64,000 nucleotides of DNA from Candidatus Eremiobacteria bacterium (GTDB taxonomy: Bacteria; Vulcanimicrobiota; Vulcanimicrobiia; Eremiobacterales; Eremiobacteraceae), in NCBI GenBank assembly GCA_025450855.1, contig JANWLL010000075.1, forward strand, positions 609 to 64,608. Direction: 5' to 3'. Below, in pieces: positions 46,482-56,566 of the stretch. Numbering within the stretch: position 1 is the stretch's first letter; every line of letters starts with the position of its first letter. A model generated the notes under the pieces. The model saw only the letters and a list, made by a program, of their open reading frames with translations. It was not told the DNA's origin and searched no databases. A program made the translations under genes and the position numbers.

Positions 46482-47594
46482 TCATTGCCGCAGCGGCATG
46501 AGGATGTAGAGCTGCCTGTTCGCGCGCTCGCCGGATTGCGGCTTGATCGCCGTCGGCTGAAGCGGACCGACGAACTCGAGCGTCACGGTTTCGCTGTCCA
46601 CATGGTTGAGTATCTCGGCGAGATACTTCGCGTTGAAGGCGATCGTGATCGGATCGCCCGTGCGCTCGACGTCGAGCTCTTCGTACGCGTTACCGGCCGT
46701 GTCCGAGCTCGCCGTGATGACGAGGCTCGTCCCTTCGGCCGCGATCTTCACCATGCTCGCGCGATCGCCCGCGACGACTTCTGCGCGGCGCAAGCTCGCG
46801 AGCAGGCGCGCTGTGCTTGCCGTGATCTTCCGGTCGAACTCCTTCGGGATCACCTGCGGATAGTTCGGGTACTGGCCATCGACGAGACGTGCGATGACTT
46901 TGACGTCGCCCGTGTTGAACACGAGCTGATTCGCCTGTCCGCCGAGCACGGTCGCTTCGATGACGCCGCCGCTCGCGACGCGCATCACCTCGGCGAGCGC
47001 CCGGGCCGGCACGATGAGCCGCGCGGATGTCTTCGACGGCTCCGAGAGCGGGAGCTCGAAACGTGCCAGCCGGTAACCGTCGGTCGCGACGAGCGTGATC
47101 GTCTGACCCTCGATCTCGAGCAGCGTACCCATGAGGACGGCGCCGCGCGCCTCTTCGCCGCTCGCCGCGAACGTCACCGCGGACGCCGCTTCGCGGAACG
47201 CTTTCGCGTCGACGCGGAACTGATCGCCGAGCTTGCCTTCGGGCAGCGGCGGATACTCGTCGGCCGGCAGCGCGAAAAACTCGTAGTTCGAGCGCTCGCA
47301 TTTGAGCGTCGCGCGCGTCGGCGTGCCCTGCATCTCGAGCTCGGCGGCCGGCAAGTTCGCGAGGTAGCCCGAGAACAGGCGCGCTTGCACCGTGCACTGG
47401 CCTTCCTCGGAGACGCTCGCCGCGAAGCCGTTCTCAAGCGTCAGTTCGAGATCGGTCGCGCGGACGCTGACACGGCCTGCCTTTGCGGTCAGCAAGACGT
47501 TGCCGAGGATCGGCATGGTCGTGTGAGCATTGACGACCTTGCTCGCTGCCGCGACGGCGCCGGCTATGTCCTTGCTGTTGCACGTGAATCTCAT
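46482..47594 (-). CDS. dnaN: DNA polymerase III beta sliding clamp
   Basis: MRFTCNSKDIAGAVAAASKVVNAHTTMPILGNVLL..., 370 aa with the three-domain clamp pattern. Lies after dnaA. Confidence 0.95.
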   Translation of the reverse strand: MRFTCNSKDIAGAVAAASKVVNAHTTMPILGNVLLTAKAGRVSVRATDLELTLENGFAASVSEEGQCTVQARLFSGYLANLPAAELEMQGTPTRATLKCERSNYEFFALPADEYPPLPEGKLGDQFRVDAKAFREAASAVTFAASGEEARGAVLMGTLLEIEGQTITLVATDGYRLARFELPLSEPSKTSARLIVPARALAEVMRVASGGVIEATVLGGQANQLVFNTGDVKVIARLVDGQYPNYPQVIPKEFDRKITASTARLLASLRRAEVVAGDRASMVKIAAEGTSLVITASSDTAGNAYEELDVERTGDPITIAFNAKYLAEILNHVDSETVTLEFVGPLQPTAIKPQSGERANRQLYILMPLRQ

Positions 47595-47940
47595 CGATGT
47601 CCCTTTACGTCCGCATCGGCCGTCGGTAGTGGCGCCCGCTTTTCGCCGCGCCCTTATGTGTCGCCTATCGCGGTAAACTCGATGTCATCCACAACCATCC
47701 GTCTATCGTCTTCTCTAAGAATAGAATATAGATGATCCGTCATCGTCACACTAGAGCGGTGGATTGCGTGGAATATCGCTGTCGGTCAATCGGCGCATGG
47801 GCTCGCGGCATCGGGATGGTTGTGGAGGCGCCTGGCGATCCATCCACGCCTACCACAGGTCGCCTCGCGTCGGCGAAAAGCGGCGAAAACCGTCCACACC
47901 ATCCTCAATCCGTCCACGGGATGGTCGCAGACGGCAGGGG
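47595..47940. other. oriC segment (dnaA-dnaN spacer): DnaA-box-like sites plus the most AT-rich stretch in the window
   Basis: TCATCCACA at 47685-47693 (1 mismatch to TTATCCACA). Weaker sites are TGTGGAGGC 47821, CCATCCACG 47840, CCGTCCACA 47890 and CCGTCCACG 47910. The AT-rich core ttctctaagaatagaatatagatgat at 47711-47736 has 6 G/C in 26 nt. Confidence 0.6.
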
Positions 47941-49314
47941 TTAGCCGTCTTGCGTGATGGTCGCGAGGACCGACCGGACTTTGCTCCGGAACTCGGGGTC
48001 GCGTTCCATCTGCTCCTTCACCTTGTCGCGCGCGTACATGACCGTCGTGTGGTCTTTCTTGCCGAATTCGCGGGCGATCTGGGGCAGCGACGCGTTCGTG
48101 AGGTCGCATGCGAGGTACATCGCTATTTGACGCGGCACCGTCAAGCGCTGATCGCGACGCTGACCCTCGAGCTCTTTAAGCGTGATGCCGTGGAAGCGTG
48201 CGACCTTCTCCTTGATGAGCGAGATCGTGACCTTGCGCAACGGCACTTCGTTGATCTCGTTGCGCAGTACGTCGGTGGCGAGCTCGACCGTGAGCGCTTT
48301 CTTGTAAAGCGAGGCGTATGCGGTCAGCTTGATAAGCGCGCCTTCGAGCTGGCGGATGTTCGACGGGATGATCTTGGCGATGTACGACGTCACCTCGTGC
48401 GGAACGTCGATGCCGTCGCTCTCGGCCTTCTTGCGCAAGATCGCTTCGCGGGTCTCGAGATCGGGCGACTGGATGTCGGTCAGCAGTCCCCACTCGAACC
48501 GCGAGCGAAGGCGATTTTCGAGCGTCTGGATGTCCTTAGGCGGACGATCGCTCGAGATGACGAGCTGCTTCGATGCTTCGTGCAGCGTGTTGAACGTGTG
48601 GAAGAACTCTTCTTGGGTCTGCTCCTTGCCTTCGAGGAACTGGATGTCGTCGATGAGGAGCACGTCGACCGTCCGGTAGCGGTTGCGGAACTCGACCGTC
48701 TGGTTATTCTTGATGGCCGTGATGAACTCGTTCGTGAAGGTCTCGGACGACACGTAGACGACGCGGGCGCGCGGATCGAACTTGAGCACCCGGTGGCCGA
48801 TCGCGTGCATGAGATGCGTCTTCCCGAGGCCGACCGCTCCGTAGATGAAGAGCGGGTTGTAGGCGCGGGCCGGCGCGTCGGCGACCGCTTGGGCCGCTGC
48901 GTGGGCGAACCGGTTCGTAGCGCCGACGACGAATTGTTCGAACGTGTACCTGCCGTTGAGGCCGGTCTGGCGGAAGTCGTCGACCGGAACGAAAGCGGTG
49001 CTGTTGCGATCCGGAAGCCCCGGGCGCGGCTCTGCGGCGGGGGCGTCGGGGTCGATCATGAAGCGGATGTTGATCGGCGAGCCGAGCAGCTCGGTGAGCG
49101 TGCCGACGATGGTCGTCTTGAGACGGTTCTCCGCCCACTCTTTATGGAAGGGCGTCGGCACCATGAGCGTGATCTCGTCGCTCGTCAGCCGGTGCACGCG
49201 GATCGGCTTTATCCAGGACTCGAAGACCGGCGTCGTCAGTTTGCCCTCCAATTGTGCAAGGCAATTCTGCCACAAGAACCCCTCGTTGGTGTCGACGACG
49301 GTCGCAGTGTCCAT
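47941..49314 (-). CDS. dnaA: Chromosomal replication initiator protein DnaA
   Basis: NPLFIYGAVGLGKTHLMHAIG, LLIDDIQFL and the domain IV sequence RQIAMYLACDLTNASLPQIAREFGKKDHTTVMYA. Confidence 0.97.
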   Translation of the reverse strand: MDTATVVDTNEGFLWQNCLAQLEGKLTTPVFESWIKPIRVHRLTSDEITLMVPTPFHKEWAENRLKTTIVGTLTELLGSPINIRFMIDPDAPAAEPRPGLPDRNSTAFVPVDDFRQTGLNGRYTFEQFVVGATNRFAHAAAQAVADAPARAYNPLFIYGAVGLGKTHLMHAIGHRVLKFDPRARVVYVSSETFTNEFITAIKNNQTVEFRNRYRTVDVLLIDDIQFLEGKEQTQEEFFHTFNTLHEASKQLVISSDRPPKDIQTLENRLRSRFEWGLLTDIQSPDLETREAILRKKAESDGIDVPHEVTSYIAKIIPSNIRQLEGALIKLTAYASLYKKALTVELATDVLRNEINEVPLRKVTISLIKEKVARFHGITLKELEGQRRDQRLTVPRQIAMYLACDLTNASLPQIAREFGKKDHTTVMYARDKVKEQMERDPEFRSKVRSVLATITQDG

Positions 49315-50026
49315 CCTGTCATGCCTCGTATCGCGAAGAGAAAACCGGCCGAGTTCTTTGCGTTGACGTTCGGCGGGTCGCGCGCCTTAGGGGGCGGAAA
49401 AGCTTATTCCTGTTGGGATTGCGCGCTTTTTCTTGTGCACAAATCCACAGCTGTCGTGCGAGTGATGTGGATAGATTTTCGCCCGATGCGCGCAACTCCA
49501 AGCCGTGCAAGCGATTGCGCTTTTCGATCACGCGACGATGGCGATCCGGCTGATCTTGCGGAGCTCGGACGACGACGACGCTCGTCGGCGCTGAGAAAAC
49601 CCGCAAAGCCTCGCCGGGCGGGCGTTTGCGACCTGGCGATTCCCTATCCACAGGCTTCTCCACAGGTGTGAATAACATACTCTCGAGACGATGCGCACGA
49701 GCGTAAACCCATATAGCCATTGACTTTGCGCCCGATCGGCGATCCGGACGATCCGGCGCTCCATGCACCGCTTGTCCACCACTGTAACCCCCGCCGCTGT
49801 GCCTTCGATAGCGTCCCTTTATAAAGGACAGTGGTAAAAGTCGACGAGGGGTCACCCGACACACGCAGTCGCCGCCAGCGCGTTGACGGAAAACGGCGTA
49901 ACGGACGCCAATCACCACCGGACCTTTCACGCTTTGCCGCCGCGGAGGCGGCATTCCCTTTATAATGCGCGCCCTAGCATCTGCTAAAGCGGGCGTGTCC
50001 GAAATCGGAGCGACAGAACAGATCCC
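49315..50026. other. oriC segment / dnaA and rpmH promoter region with the best DnaA boxes
   Basis: Boxes are AAATCCACA 49441-49449, TGTGGATAG 49466-49474, CTATCCACA 49644-49652, TTCTCCACA 49656-49664 and TTGTCCACC 49772-49780. The repeated 11-mer TCCCTTTATAA occurs near 49814 (inside the palindrome CCTTTATAAAGG) and near 49955 (providing TATAAT at 49961-49966 upstream of rpmH). Confidence 0.65.
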
Positions 50027-50164
50027 GTGAAACGCACCTATCAACCACACAACAGGCGCCGCAAGCGCACGCACGGATTCCGCAAGCGTATGTCGACCAA
50101 GAACGGCCGGCGCGTACTCGCGTCGCGTCGCCGCAAGGGTCGAAAACGCCTCACTCCAGATTGA
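50027..50164 (+). CDS. rpmH: 50S ribosomal protein L34
   Basis: Not in the track (45 aa, GTG start). My translation is [45 protein letters not shown], a near-consensus L34. Confidence 0.95.
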   Translation: MKRTYQPHNRRRKRTHGFRKRMSTKNGRRVLASRRRKGRKRLTPD

Positions 50165-50532
50165 CCGTAACGGCGGCGATGCGTCCGTACGTGAGCCTGC
50201 GTGGACGGCGAGAATTCGCGACGACCATGCGGCGCGGCGCTTCCGCGTCGTCGCCGGTCTTGACCGTGCATGCCTTTTCGCCGCACGCGAAAGCGGCCGG
50301 TGCGCCGAAAGTGGGCGTCATCGTGACGCGCAAAGTCGGCAAGGCGGTCGTGCGGAACCGGATCCGGCGGCGCTGCAAAGCGATCCTCGAGACGGTGCTC
50401 GCGGCCGACGACGTGCGCTGGTTCGTCGTCACCTGCAGACCGGCGGCGGCGCAGGCGCGCTTCGCCGAGCTGAGGCTCCAATTGTCGAACGCTATGCGCA
50501 GCGCCGGCAAACCGCGCGGGACTCGCGCATGA
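50161..50532 (+). CDS. rnpA: Ribonuclease P protein component
   Basis: [14 protein letters not shown]...[25 protein letters not shown] (RNR motif). TTG start overlaps the rpmH stop. An ATG at 50179 is an alternative start. Confidence 0.9.
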   Translation: MTVTAAMRPYVSLRGRREFATTMRRGASASSPVLTVHAFSPHAKAAGAPKVGVIVTRKVGKAVVRNRIRRRCKAILETVLAADDVRWFVVTCRPAAAQARFAELRLQLSNAMRSAGKPRGTRA

Positions 50533-50747
50533 CGGCGGCGCAGGTGTGCATCGCCGCCATCCGCACGTATCAGCGTTTCGTCTCGCCGTCGTTGCCGGCG
50601 GGCACGTGCCGCTTCAGCCCGTCATGTTCGGAGTACGCTGCGCAAGCGATCGCCAAGTACGGAGCGGCGCGCGGCGGCGTCATGGCCGCCAAAAGGCTCG
50701 GCCGCTGTGGACCGTGGCACCCCGGCGGTCACGACCCCGTCCCCTAG
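50529..50747 (+). CDS. yidD: Membrane protein insertion efficiency factor YidD
   Basis: [64 protein letters not shown]. Confidence 0.95.
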   Translation: MTAAQVCIAAIRTYQRFVSPSLPAGTCRFSPSCSEYAAQAIAKYGAARGGVMAAKRLGRCGPWHPGGHDPVP

Positions 50748-50784
50748 ACGTCGTCATCCTTTGACATAGAAAAGCGACCGAATC

Positions 50785-51735
50785 TTGCTGCTGATCTCGA
50801 CCGTAGGCATCACCGCGCTGTTCGCGGACAACTGGTTCACCGAGATAATCGCCGGCATCGCCGGCGCGATCTCGGTCGTGCTCGATTTCATCTACGCGCA
50901 CATCGCCCACAACTACGGCTGGTCGATGATCTTGCTCGCGCTCGCGGCGACGCTCGGCATGCTGCCGCTCTATTTGACGCAGTTCCGGTCGTTCAAGGAG
51001 ATGCAGGCGATCCAGCCTTACGTGAAGCGGCTGCAGGATCGCTACAAGAACGACCGTCAGAAGCTCGCCGAAGAGCAGATGAAGCTCTTCCGCGAACACA
51101 ACATCAATCCGTTCGGCGGCTGTCTGCCGACGCTCATCCAGCTGCCCGTCTTGTGGGGCATCTACCAATCGATCAACCAGCATCAAGCGGTGTTCTCGCA
51201 CGCCGGCTGGTTGTGGATCGGCAGCGCATTCGCGCAGCACTCGCCGTCGCTGCCGGGCTGGCTCGGCATGTTCGGCGGACCGATCTTCGCCGCGAGCCTC
51301 GCCGCGCCCGACAAGATCCTGACGGTCTTCTACGCGATATCGATGTTCTTCTCGTTCCAGATGACGTCGATGCCGTCGGCGGATCCGATGCAGCAGCAGC
51401 AGCAAAAGCTCATGAGCTACATGATGCCCGTCATGATGCTCTTCATCGGTCAGAAGTTCATATCGGGTTTCGTGCTGTACTGGCTCGGTCTCAACGTCTT
51501 CACGACGGCGCTGCGCTTCTTCGCGATGCGCGGGCCGACGAAGATCCCTGCGCCGCCGCAGGAAACGGCCGCGACGCTCGCCGGTTATCCGCTCCACTGC
51601 CCGAATTGCAAAGAACTGCTCACGATCCAGAAGGGCTCGCGTTGCGCGGCGTGCGGCACGAAGGTGAAGAAAGTCGCGCCCGCGTCGAACGGCCAGATAG
51701 CGGCGAGCACGTCCGCGAGCAAACCGGCGACGTAG
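50785..51735 (+). CDS. yidC: Membrane protein insertase YidC, short form, with a C-terminal CxxC-x12-CxxC tail
   Basis: WSMILLALAATLGMLPLYLTQFRSFKEMQAIQPYVKRLQDRYKND...NPFGGCLPTLIQLPVLWGIY. An in-frame stop just upstream (TAG near 50768) excludes a large periplasmic P1 domain. The tail reads HCPNCKELLTIQKGSRCAACG. Confidence 0.9.
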   Translation: MLLISTVGITALFADNWFTEIIAGIAGAISVVLDFIYAHIAHNYGWSMILLALAATLGMLPLYLTQFRSFKEMQAIQPYVKRLQDRYKNDRQKLAEEQMKLFREHNINPFGGCLPTLIQLPVLWGIYQSINQHQAVFSHAGWLWIGSAFAQHSPSLPGWLGMFGGPIFAASLAAPDKILTVFYAISMFFSFQMTSMPSADPMQQQQQKLMSYMMPVMMLFIGQKFISGFVLYWLGLNVFTTALRFFAMRGPTKIPAPPQETAATLAGYPLHCPNCKELLTIQKGSRCAACGTKVKKVAPASNGQIAASTSASKPAT

Positions 51736-51823
51736 TAGCCACGCGCGCGGCGCCGGCGGCGCGCGCGAAAAACCAACGACCCGAACGGGCGCGAGGAACG
51801 CGACCGCGACTGACGAGGACGAC

Positions 51824-52549
51824 ATGAACGGATACGGTTACGGGAGCAATCGAGGCGGCGCCGCGCGGCGCCCGTACGGCGACCGCGGCGGTCCAGGCCA
51901 TCGCCCGGATGGCGGCAGAGGTTTCGGCGCTCGCGACGATCGCGGCTATCGCGCTCGTCCGCCGCGCCACGTCGAGTGCCCGCCGGATCTGCGCGTGCCG
52001 TTCAAGGAGGCACGCGATTTTCTCGCCGGCATCATCCGCGTCTTCGGTCTGCCCGCCCGCCTGTCGTTCGGCGGCGTTCAGCCGGCCCGCGACGGCCGGC
52101 AGATCGTCATCGACATCAGAGGCGTCCGCGCGCCGTCGGATCCCCGCCGCTACGACCGCGACGAGGATCGCGACGACGAGCTCGGATTGCTCATCGGCAA
52201 GCACGGTGCGACGCTCGACGCGCTCTCGGCCGTGACGAACGCGGTCATGCACAAAGCTGATTTCCGCGACCTTTTCTTCGCCGTCGACATCGAAGGGTAT
52301 CGGGCGCGGCGTACCGCGACGCTGCGCAATCTCGCGCAGCGTTGCGCCGAGCGCGCGCTCCGCGAAGGAGTCTCGATCGAGCTCGATCCGATGCCGCCGG
52401 CCGAGCGGCGCATCGTCCACCTGACGCTTGCCAACCATCGGGAGCTCGAGACCGAGAGCACCGGCCAGGGAATCACGCGCCGCGTCGTGATCATGCCGCG
52501 AGGCGGCAGACGTCCGGCCGCTCGCGAGGACGACGAGTACATCGACTAG
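51824..52549 (+). CDS. jag: Jag/KhpB RNA-binding protein (KH + R3H) with an Arg/Gly-rich N-terminus
   Basis: KH-like LGLLIGKHGATLDALS and R3H PMPPAERRIVHLTLANHRELETESTGQGITRRVVI. The position after yidC is conserved. Confidence 0.85.
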   Translation: MNGYGYGSNRGGAARRPYGDRGGPGHRPDGGRGFGARDDRGYRARPPRHVECPPDLRVPFKEARDFLAGIIRVFGLPARLSFGGVQPARDGRQIVIDIRGVRAPSDPRRYDRDEDRDDELGLLIGKHGATLDALSAVTNAVMHKADFRDLFFAVDIEGYRARRTATLRNLAQRCAERALREGVSIELDPMPPAERRIVHLTLANHRELETESTGQGITRRVVIMPRGGRRPAAREDDEYID

Positions 52550-52551
52550 GC

Positions 52552-53934
52552 GTGGATAGCGACACGATCGCCGCCGTCGCAACGCCGCCGGGCGTCGCGG
52601 CCGTCGCGATCGTGCGCATGTCCGGTCCGCGCGCCATTGCGATCGCGGACGCGTGCTTCGAGCCTTTGCGCGAAGGAGGCTGGCGAGCGTCGCTCATGCG
52701 CCGCGGCTGGATTCGCGATCCTCGCTCGGGTTCGCACATCGACGACGCCTTGGCCGTCGCCTTTCCAGCGCCGAATTCGTATACCGGCGAAGATGTCGTC
52801 GAATTTCACGTCCACGGAGGGTCCGGCGTCGTCGGCTCGATCCTTCTCGCGGTCTATGTGAGCGGCGCGCGTGCGGCCGAAGCGGGCGAGTTCACGCGTC
52901 GCGCATTCGTCAACGGACGGCTCGACCTCGCGCAAGCCGAGGCGGTCGCCGATCTTATCGGCGCCGAGAGCCGGCTTGCTGCGAAGGCGGCCGCGATGCG
53001 TCTCGAGGGCGCGGTCGGTCGCCGGCTCCGAGAGCTGCGCGATCGGCTGCTCGGCGTTCTCGTCGAGATCGAAGCGCACGTCGACTATCCGGATGAGGTC
53101 GAAGCGCCCGATGCGGCGCGCATCGATTCGACGGTGCGCGCGCAGCGCGAGCTCGTCGGCGAATTGCTCGCCGGCGCCGGCGCCGCGCAGACGCTGCGCG
53201 ACGGTCTCGATTGCGTCATCGCAGGACCCCCGAACGCCGGCAAGTCTTCGCTTCTCAACGCGCTGCTCGAAGCGGAACGAGCGATCGTCTCGGACATCCC
53301 GGGCACGACTCGCGATATAATCGAGGATCGCGTCGCCGTCGACGGCGTCGTCTTACGTTTGCGCGATACCGCCGGGCTGCGCGCGACGACGGATGTCATC
53401 GAAGCGCTTGGCGTCGAACGCGCTCGCGCCGCGGTCGCGCGCGCGGAACTCGTCCTGCTCGTCGTGGATGGTTCGCGATCGCTCGGCTCGGACGAACGCG
53501 CTGCGCTCGAAGCGACGAGTGGAGCGCCGCGGATCGTGTTGGCGAACAAAGCGGACCTCGGCGATGCCGGCGCACGCGAGCTGCGCGCTTTGATCGGGAT
53601 TCCGCAAGGTCCGGACGGCGATTTCATCGTGGGCAGCGTGCGCGATTCAGCATGCGTCGCGCGCATCCGGGCGTCGATCGCACGCGTCGGCTGGGGCGGC
53701 AGCGTCATCGACGCGAACGCGGCGCTCGTCGCGAGCTTGCGCCAAGCGGACGCGCTCGCGCGCGCGTCGACATCGCTCGAACATGCGCTGGAAACGATCG
53801 AGGGCGGCTATCCGGTCGATCTGTTGGCCGCGGACCTTCGCGCTGCCGTCGGCGCCTACGGTGAGGTGACGGGCGAGACGGTCACCGTCGACGTGCTCGA
53901 CGGCATCTTCTCCCGCTTTTGCGTCGGCAAGTAG
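52552..53934 (+). CDS. mnmE: tRNA modification GTPase MnmE
   Basis: DTIAAVATPPGVAAVAIVRMSG, G1 GPPNAGKSSLLNAL, DTAGLR and the C-terminal FCVGK. GTG start at 52552. The upstream part of the track ORF is read-through over jag. Confidence 0.93.
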   Translation: MDSDTIAAVATPPGVAAVAIVRMSGPRAIAIADACFEPLREGGWRASLMRRGWIRDPRSGSHIDDALAVAFPAPNSYTGEDVVEFHVHGGSGVVGSILLAVYVSGARAAEAGEFTRRAFVNGRLDLAQAEAVADLIGAESRLAAKAAAMRLEGAVGRRLRELRDRLLGVLVEIEAHVDYPDEVEAPDAARIDSTVRAQRELVGELLAGAGAAQTLRDGLDCVIAGPPNAGKSSLLNALLEAERAIVSDIPGTTRDIIEDRVAVDGVVLRLRDTAGLRATTDVIEALGVERARAAVARAELVLLVVDGSRSLGSDERAALEATSGAPRIVLANKADLGDAGARELRALIGIPQGPDGDFIVGSVRDSACVARIRASIARVGWGGSVIDANAALVASLRQADALARASTSLEHALETIEGGYPVDLLAADLRAAVGAYGEVTGETVTVDVLDGIFSRFCVGK

Positions 53935-53978
53935 CGCATCGAGCATGACGCGCAGCGCGCTCGCACGAACGAGCGCGG

Positions 53979-55844
53979 GTGCGAAGCGATTTCGGCGTCA
54001 TCGTCATCGGCGGAGGCCACTCGGGCTGCGAGGCAGCGTTGGCGTCCGCGCGCATCGGCGTGCCGACGCTGCTCGTCACCGGCAACCTCGATACGATCGG
54101 ACACATGCCGTGCAACCCGTCGATCGGCGGACCCGCGAAGGGACAACTCGTGCGCGAAGTCGACGCGCTCGGCGGCGAGATGGGCGTCTGCATCGACCAT
54201 ACATATCTGCACGCGCGGTGGCTGAACGAGAGTCGCGGTCCCGCCGTTCGAGCACTGAGGTCGCAAGCCGATAAACGAGCGTACGCAGTTCGGATGCGTC
54301 GCGCGGTGGAAGGGCAGATCGGTCTGACAGTGATCGAAGACCTCGTGTCCGAGCTCGTCGCCGATAGCGACGGAATAGCGGGCGTCGGTTTGCAGAGCGG
54401 GACGCTCGTGGGTGCGCGCCAAGTGGTCGTGAATTCCGGGACATTTATGGGCGGCAAGCTCTTCGCGGGCGAGTCGGTGACTCCCGGAGGTCGCGCGGGT
54501 GAACCGCCGACCGTCGGTCTGTCCACGAGCCTGCGTCGCCTCGGCTTTTCGACGGGCCGCTTGAAGACCGGTACGCCGCCGCGTGTGGATCGCCGGAGCA
54601 TCGATTGGTCGCGAGTAGAAGAGCAAAAGCCGAGTGCGGTGCCGCTCTCCTTCTCCTACCGCACGACACGTTCGTTTCCGGGTCCGCAGCTATCGTGCCA
54701 CATCACGCACACGAATGCGCGCACGCACGAACTGATCCGCGAGAATCTCCATCGGTCGCCGATGTATGGACTGGGCGTCATCGAAGGCGTCGGGCCGCGA
54801 TATTGCCCGTCGATCGAAGACAAGGTGATGAAGTTCTCGCACAACCCGAGCCATCAGATCTTTCTCGAGCCCGAGGGTTGGGAAACGGATTCGATATACG
54901 TCGGCGGCTTCTCGACGTCGCTGCCGGCAGAAGTGCAGCTCGAGATGCTGCACTCGCTGTGCGGCCTCGAATCGGCCGATATGCTGCGCGCCGGGTATGC
55001 GGTCGAGTACGATTTTGTGGATCCGCGCGAGCTGCGCTCGACGCTTGAAGCGCGCAGAATTCCCGGGCTCTTCCACGCCGGTCAGGTGAACGGCACGTCG
55101 GGCTACGAAGAGGCCGCTGCGCAAGGCATCGTCGCGGGGATGAACGCGGCGCGCCGCGCTCAAGGCAAGGATCCCGTCGTCTTCGATCGGTCGACCTCGT
55201 ACATCGGCACGCTCGTCGACGACCTCATCACGCAGGGCGCGCCCGAGCCGTACCGGATGCTGACGTCGCGCGCCGAGCATCGATTACTCCTGCGCCACGA
55301 CAACGCGGACGAGCGGCTGACACCGGTCGGACGTGAGGCGGGGCTCGTCGACGACGAATCGTACGAGCGGTTTTGTGCCCGGATGGACGCGCTCGCGCTA
55401 CGACGCAAGCGTCTCGGATCGACGCGTGCGACCCGTGGAGAGTGTGAGCGCTTCGGCGCGCAAAACGGCGCGACGTACGCCGAGCTGCTCCGTCGGCCTG
55501 CGATCGAATACCGCGATCTTTTCCCGGATGATATCGACGCGGACTCGATCGGCGAGCGCGCGGCGATCGAGATCAAGTACGAAGGCTACATCAAGCGGCA
55601 GGGACTCGAAGTCGAGCGGCTATCGAAAGCGGAGCACGTCGCGATACCCGAGGGATTTGACTATGAGTCGTGCCGAGCGCTCTCGCGAGAAGCTCGCGAG
55701 AAGTGGTCGGCACAAAGGCCGTCAACGCTCGGGCAAGCGGGCCGAATCCCGGGCATCACACCGGCCGACACGGCGGTACTCGCGGTATTTATCCACCAAG
55801 TGAAATCCACAAAGCGGAATGTCGCTGCAGCGACGCATGAGTGA
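53979..55844 (+). CDS. mnmG: tRNA uridine 5-carboxymethylaminomethyl modification enzyme MnmG (GidA)
   Basis: [49 protein letters not shown] and [17 protein letters not shown]. Confidence 0.96.
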   Translation: MRSDFGVIVIGGGHSGCEAALASARIGVPTLLVTGNLDTIGHMPCNPSIGGPAKGQLVREVDALGGEMGVCIDHTYLHARWLNESRGPAVRALRSQADKRAYAVRMRRAVEGQIGLTVIEDLVSELVADSDGIAGVGLQSGTLVGARQVVVNSGTFMGGKLFAGESVTPGGRAGEPPTVGLSTSLRRLGFSTGRLKTGTPPRVDRRSIDWSRVEEQKPSAVPLSFSYRTTRSFPGPQLSCHITHTNARTHELIRENLHRSPMYGLGVIEGVGPRYCPSIEDKVMKFSHNPSHQIFLEPEGWETDSIYVGGFSTSLPAEVQLEMLHSLCGLESADMLRAGYAVEYDFVDPRELRSTLEARRIPGLFHAGQVNGTSGYEEAAAQGIVAGMNAARRAQGKDPVVFDRSTSYIGTLVDDLITQGAPEPYRMLTSRAEHRLLLRHDNADERLTPVGREAGLVDDESYERFCARMDALALRRKRLGSTRATRGECERFGAQNGATYAELLRRPAIEYRDLFPDDIDADSIGERAAIEIKYEGYIKRQGLEVERLSKAEHVAIPEGFDYESCRALSREAREKWSAQRPSTLGQAGRIPGITPADTAVLAVFIHQVKSTKRNVAAATHE

Positions 55845-56541
55845 GGCGGAATCGAAGCTTCGCGACGGCCTCAAAATCCTCGGATTCTCCGGCGACCTTC
55901 TCCCTCGACGTCTGCTCGAATTCGCGGGATTCGTACTCGAGGCGAACGCTGAGACGAATCTGGTCGGTGCATCGTCGCTTGAAGAACTCGTCGCGACTCA
56001 TCTCTTGGATAGCCTTGCTCCCTTTGCTGGGCGGTCGATCCACGGCGACCTGATCGACATCGGCAGTGGTGCCGGCTTTCCGGCTATCCCGATCGCAATG
56101 GCCTTCCCGACGGTCTCGCCTGTCATGCTCGAACCTAGGGCTAAGCGCGTTGCCTTCCTGACCGACATCATCGGCCCGCTGGACTTGAAAGAGGCTTCCG
56201 CGCGCAAGTCCATGGCAGAGACTGCTGGGAGATCGGATCTACGGGAGTCTGCAGACATCGTCACGCTGCGGGCAGTTGCTGCCCCGACGACCGCACTCGA
56301 ACTAGCGATACCCTTGTTAAGGCGCCGCGGAAAAGCGTTGCTCTACATCGGGCGTCAGTCGGAGCCAGATCAGCACGAGCTTGAGATCGCGGATCTGCTC
56401 GGCGCTGCGCTGTTGGAGGCCAAACCCGTTGAGGTTCCGTACTTGCTGAGCGTTCGGCACGCATGGTGGTTTGAGAAGAAGAAGCCGACGCCGAGCGGCT
56501 ATCCTCGTCGAGCGAAGGTGCCGTCGAAACAGCCTTTATGA
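55837..56541 (+). CDS. rsmG: 16S rRNA (guanine527-N7)-methyltransferase RsmG (GidB)
   Basis: [20 protein letters not shown] and [19 protein letters not shown]. The start is ATG 55837 (8-nt overlap with mnmG) or 55819. Confidence 0.88.
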   Translation: MSEAESKLRDGLKILGFSGDLLPRRLLEFAGFVLEANAETNLVGASSLEELVATHLLDSLAPFAGRSIHGDLIDIGSGAGFPAIPIAMAFPTVSPVMLEPRAKRVAFLTDIIGPLDLKEASARKSMAETAGRSDLRESADIVTLRAVAAPTTALELAIPLLRRRGKALLYIGRQSEPDQHELEIADLLGAALLEAKPVEVPYLLSVRHAWWFEKKKPTPSGYPRRAKVPSKQPL

Positions 56542-56550
56542 GTGTTGAAT

Positions 56551-56566
56551 AGTTCCACGTGGAACG
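56551..56566. promoter_or_regulatory. parS-like centromere site
   Basis: aGTTCCACGTGGAACg. The 14-bp core at 56552-56565 is a perfect palindrome with one change per half-site relative to GTTTCAC|GTGAAAC. parAB lie 1.4 kb downstream. Confidence 0.6.

Noticed and set aside
49319-50074. 251-aa minus-strand ORF (and 49254-49553 plus-strand ORF) spanning the dnaA-rpmH spacer
   Set aside because: Both cross the DnaA-box cluster, the promoter-like elements and the rpmH start, and they show no recognisable protein features. They are most likely non-coding origin DNA.
51742-51775. GC-rich near-palindrome CGCGCGCGGCGCC/GGCGGCGCGCGCG after yidC as an intrinsic terminator
   Set aside because: It is followed by AAAAACC rather than a T-tract on the coding strand, so it is not a canonical terminator. 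It may still form a hairpin, but I cannot assign a function.
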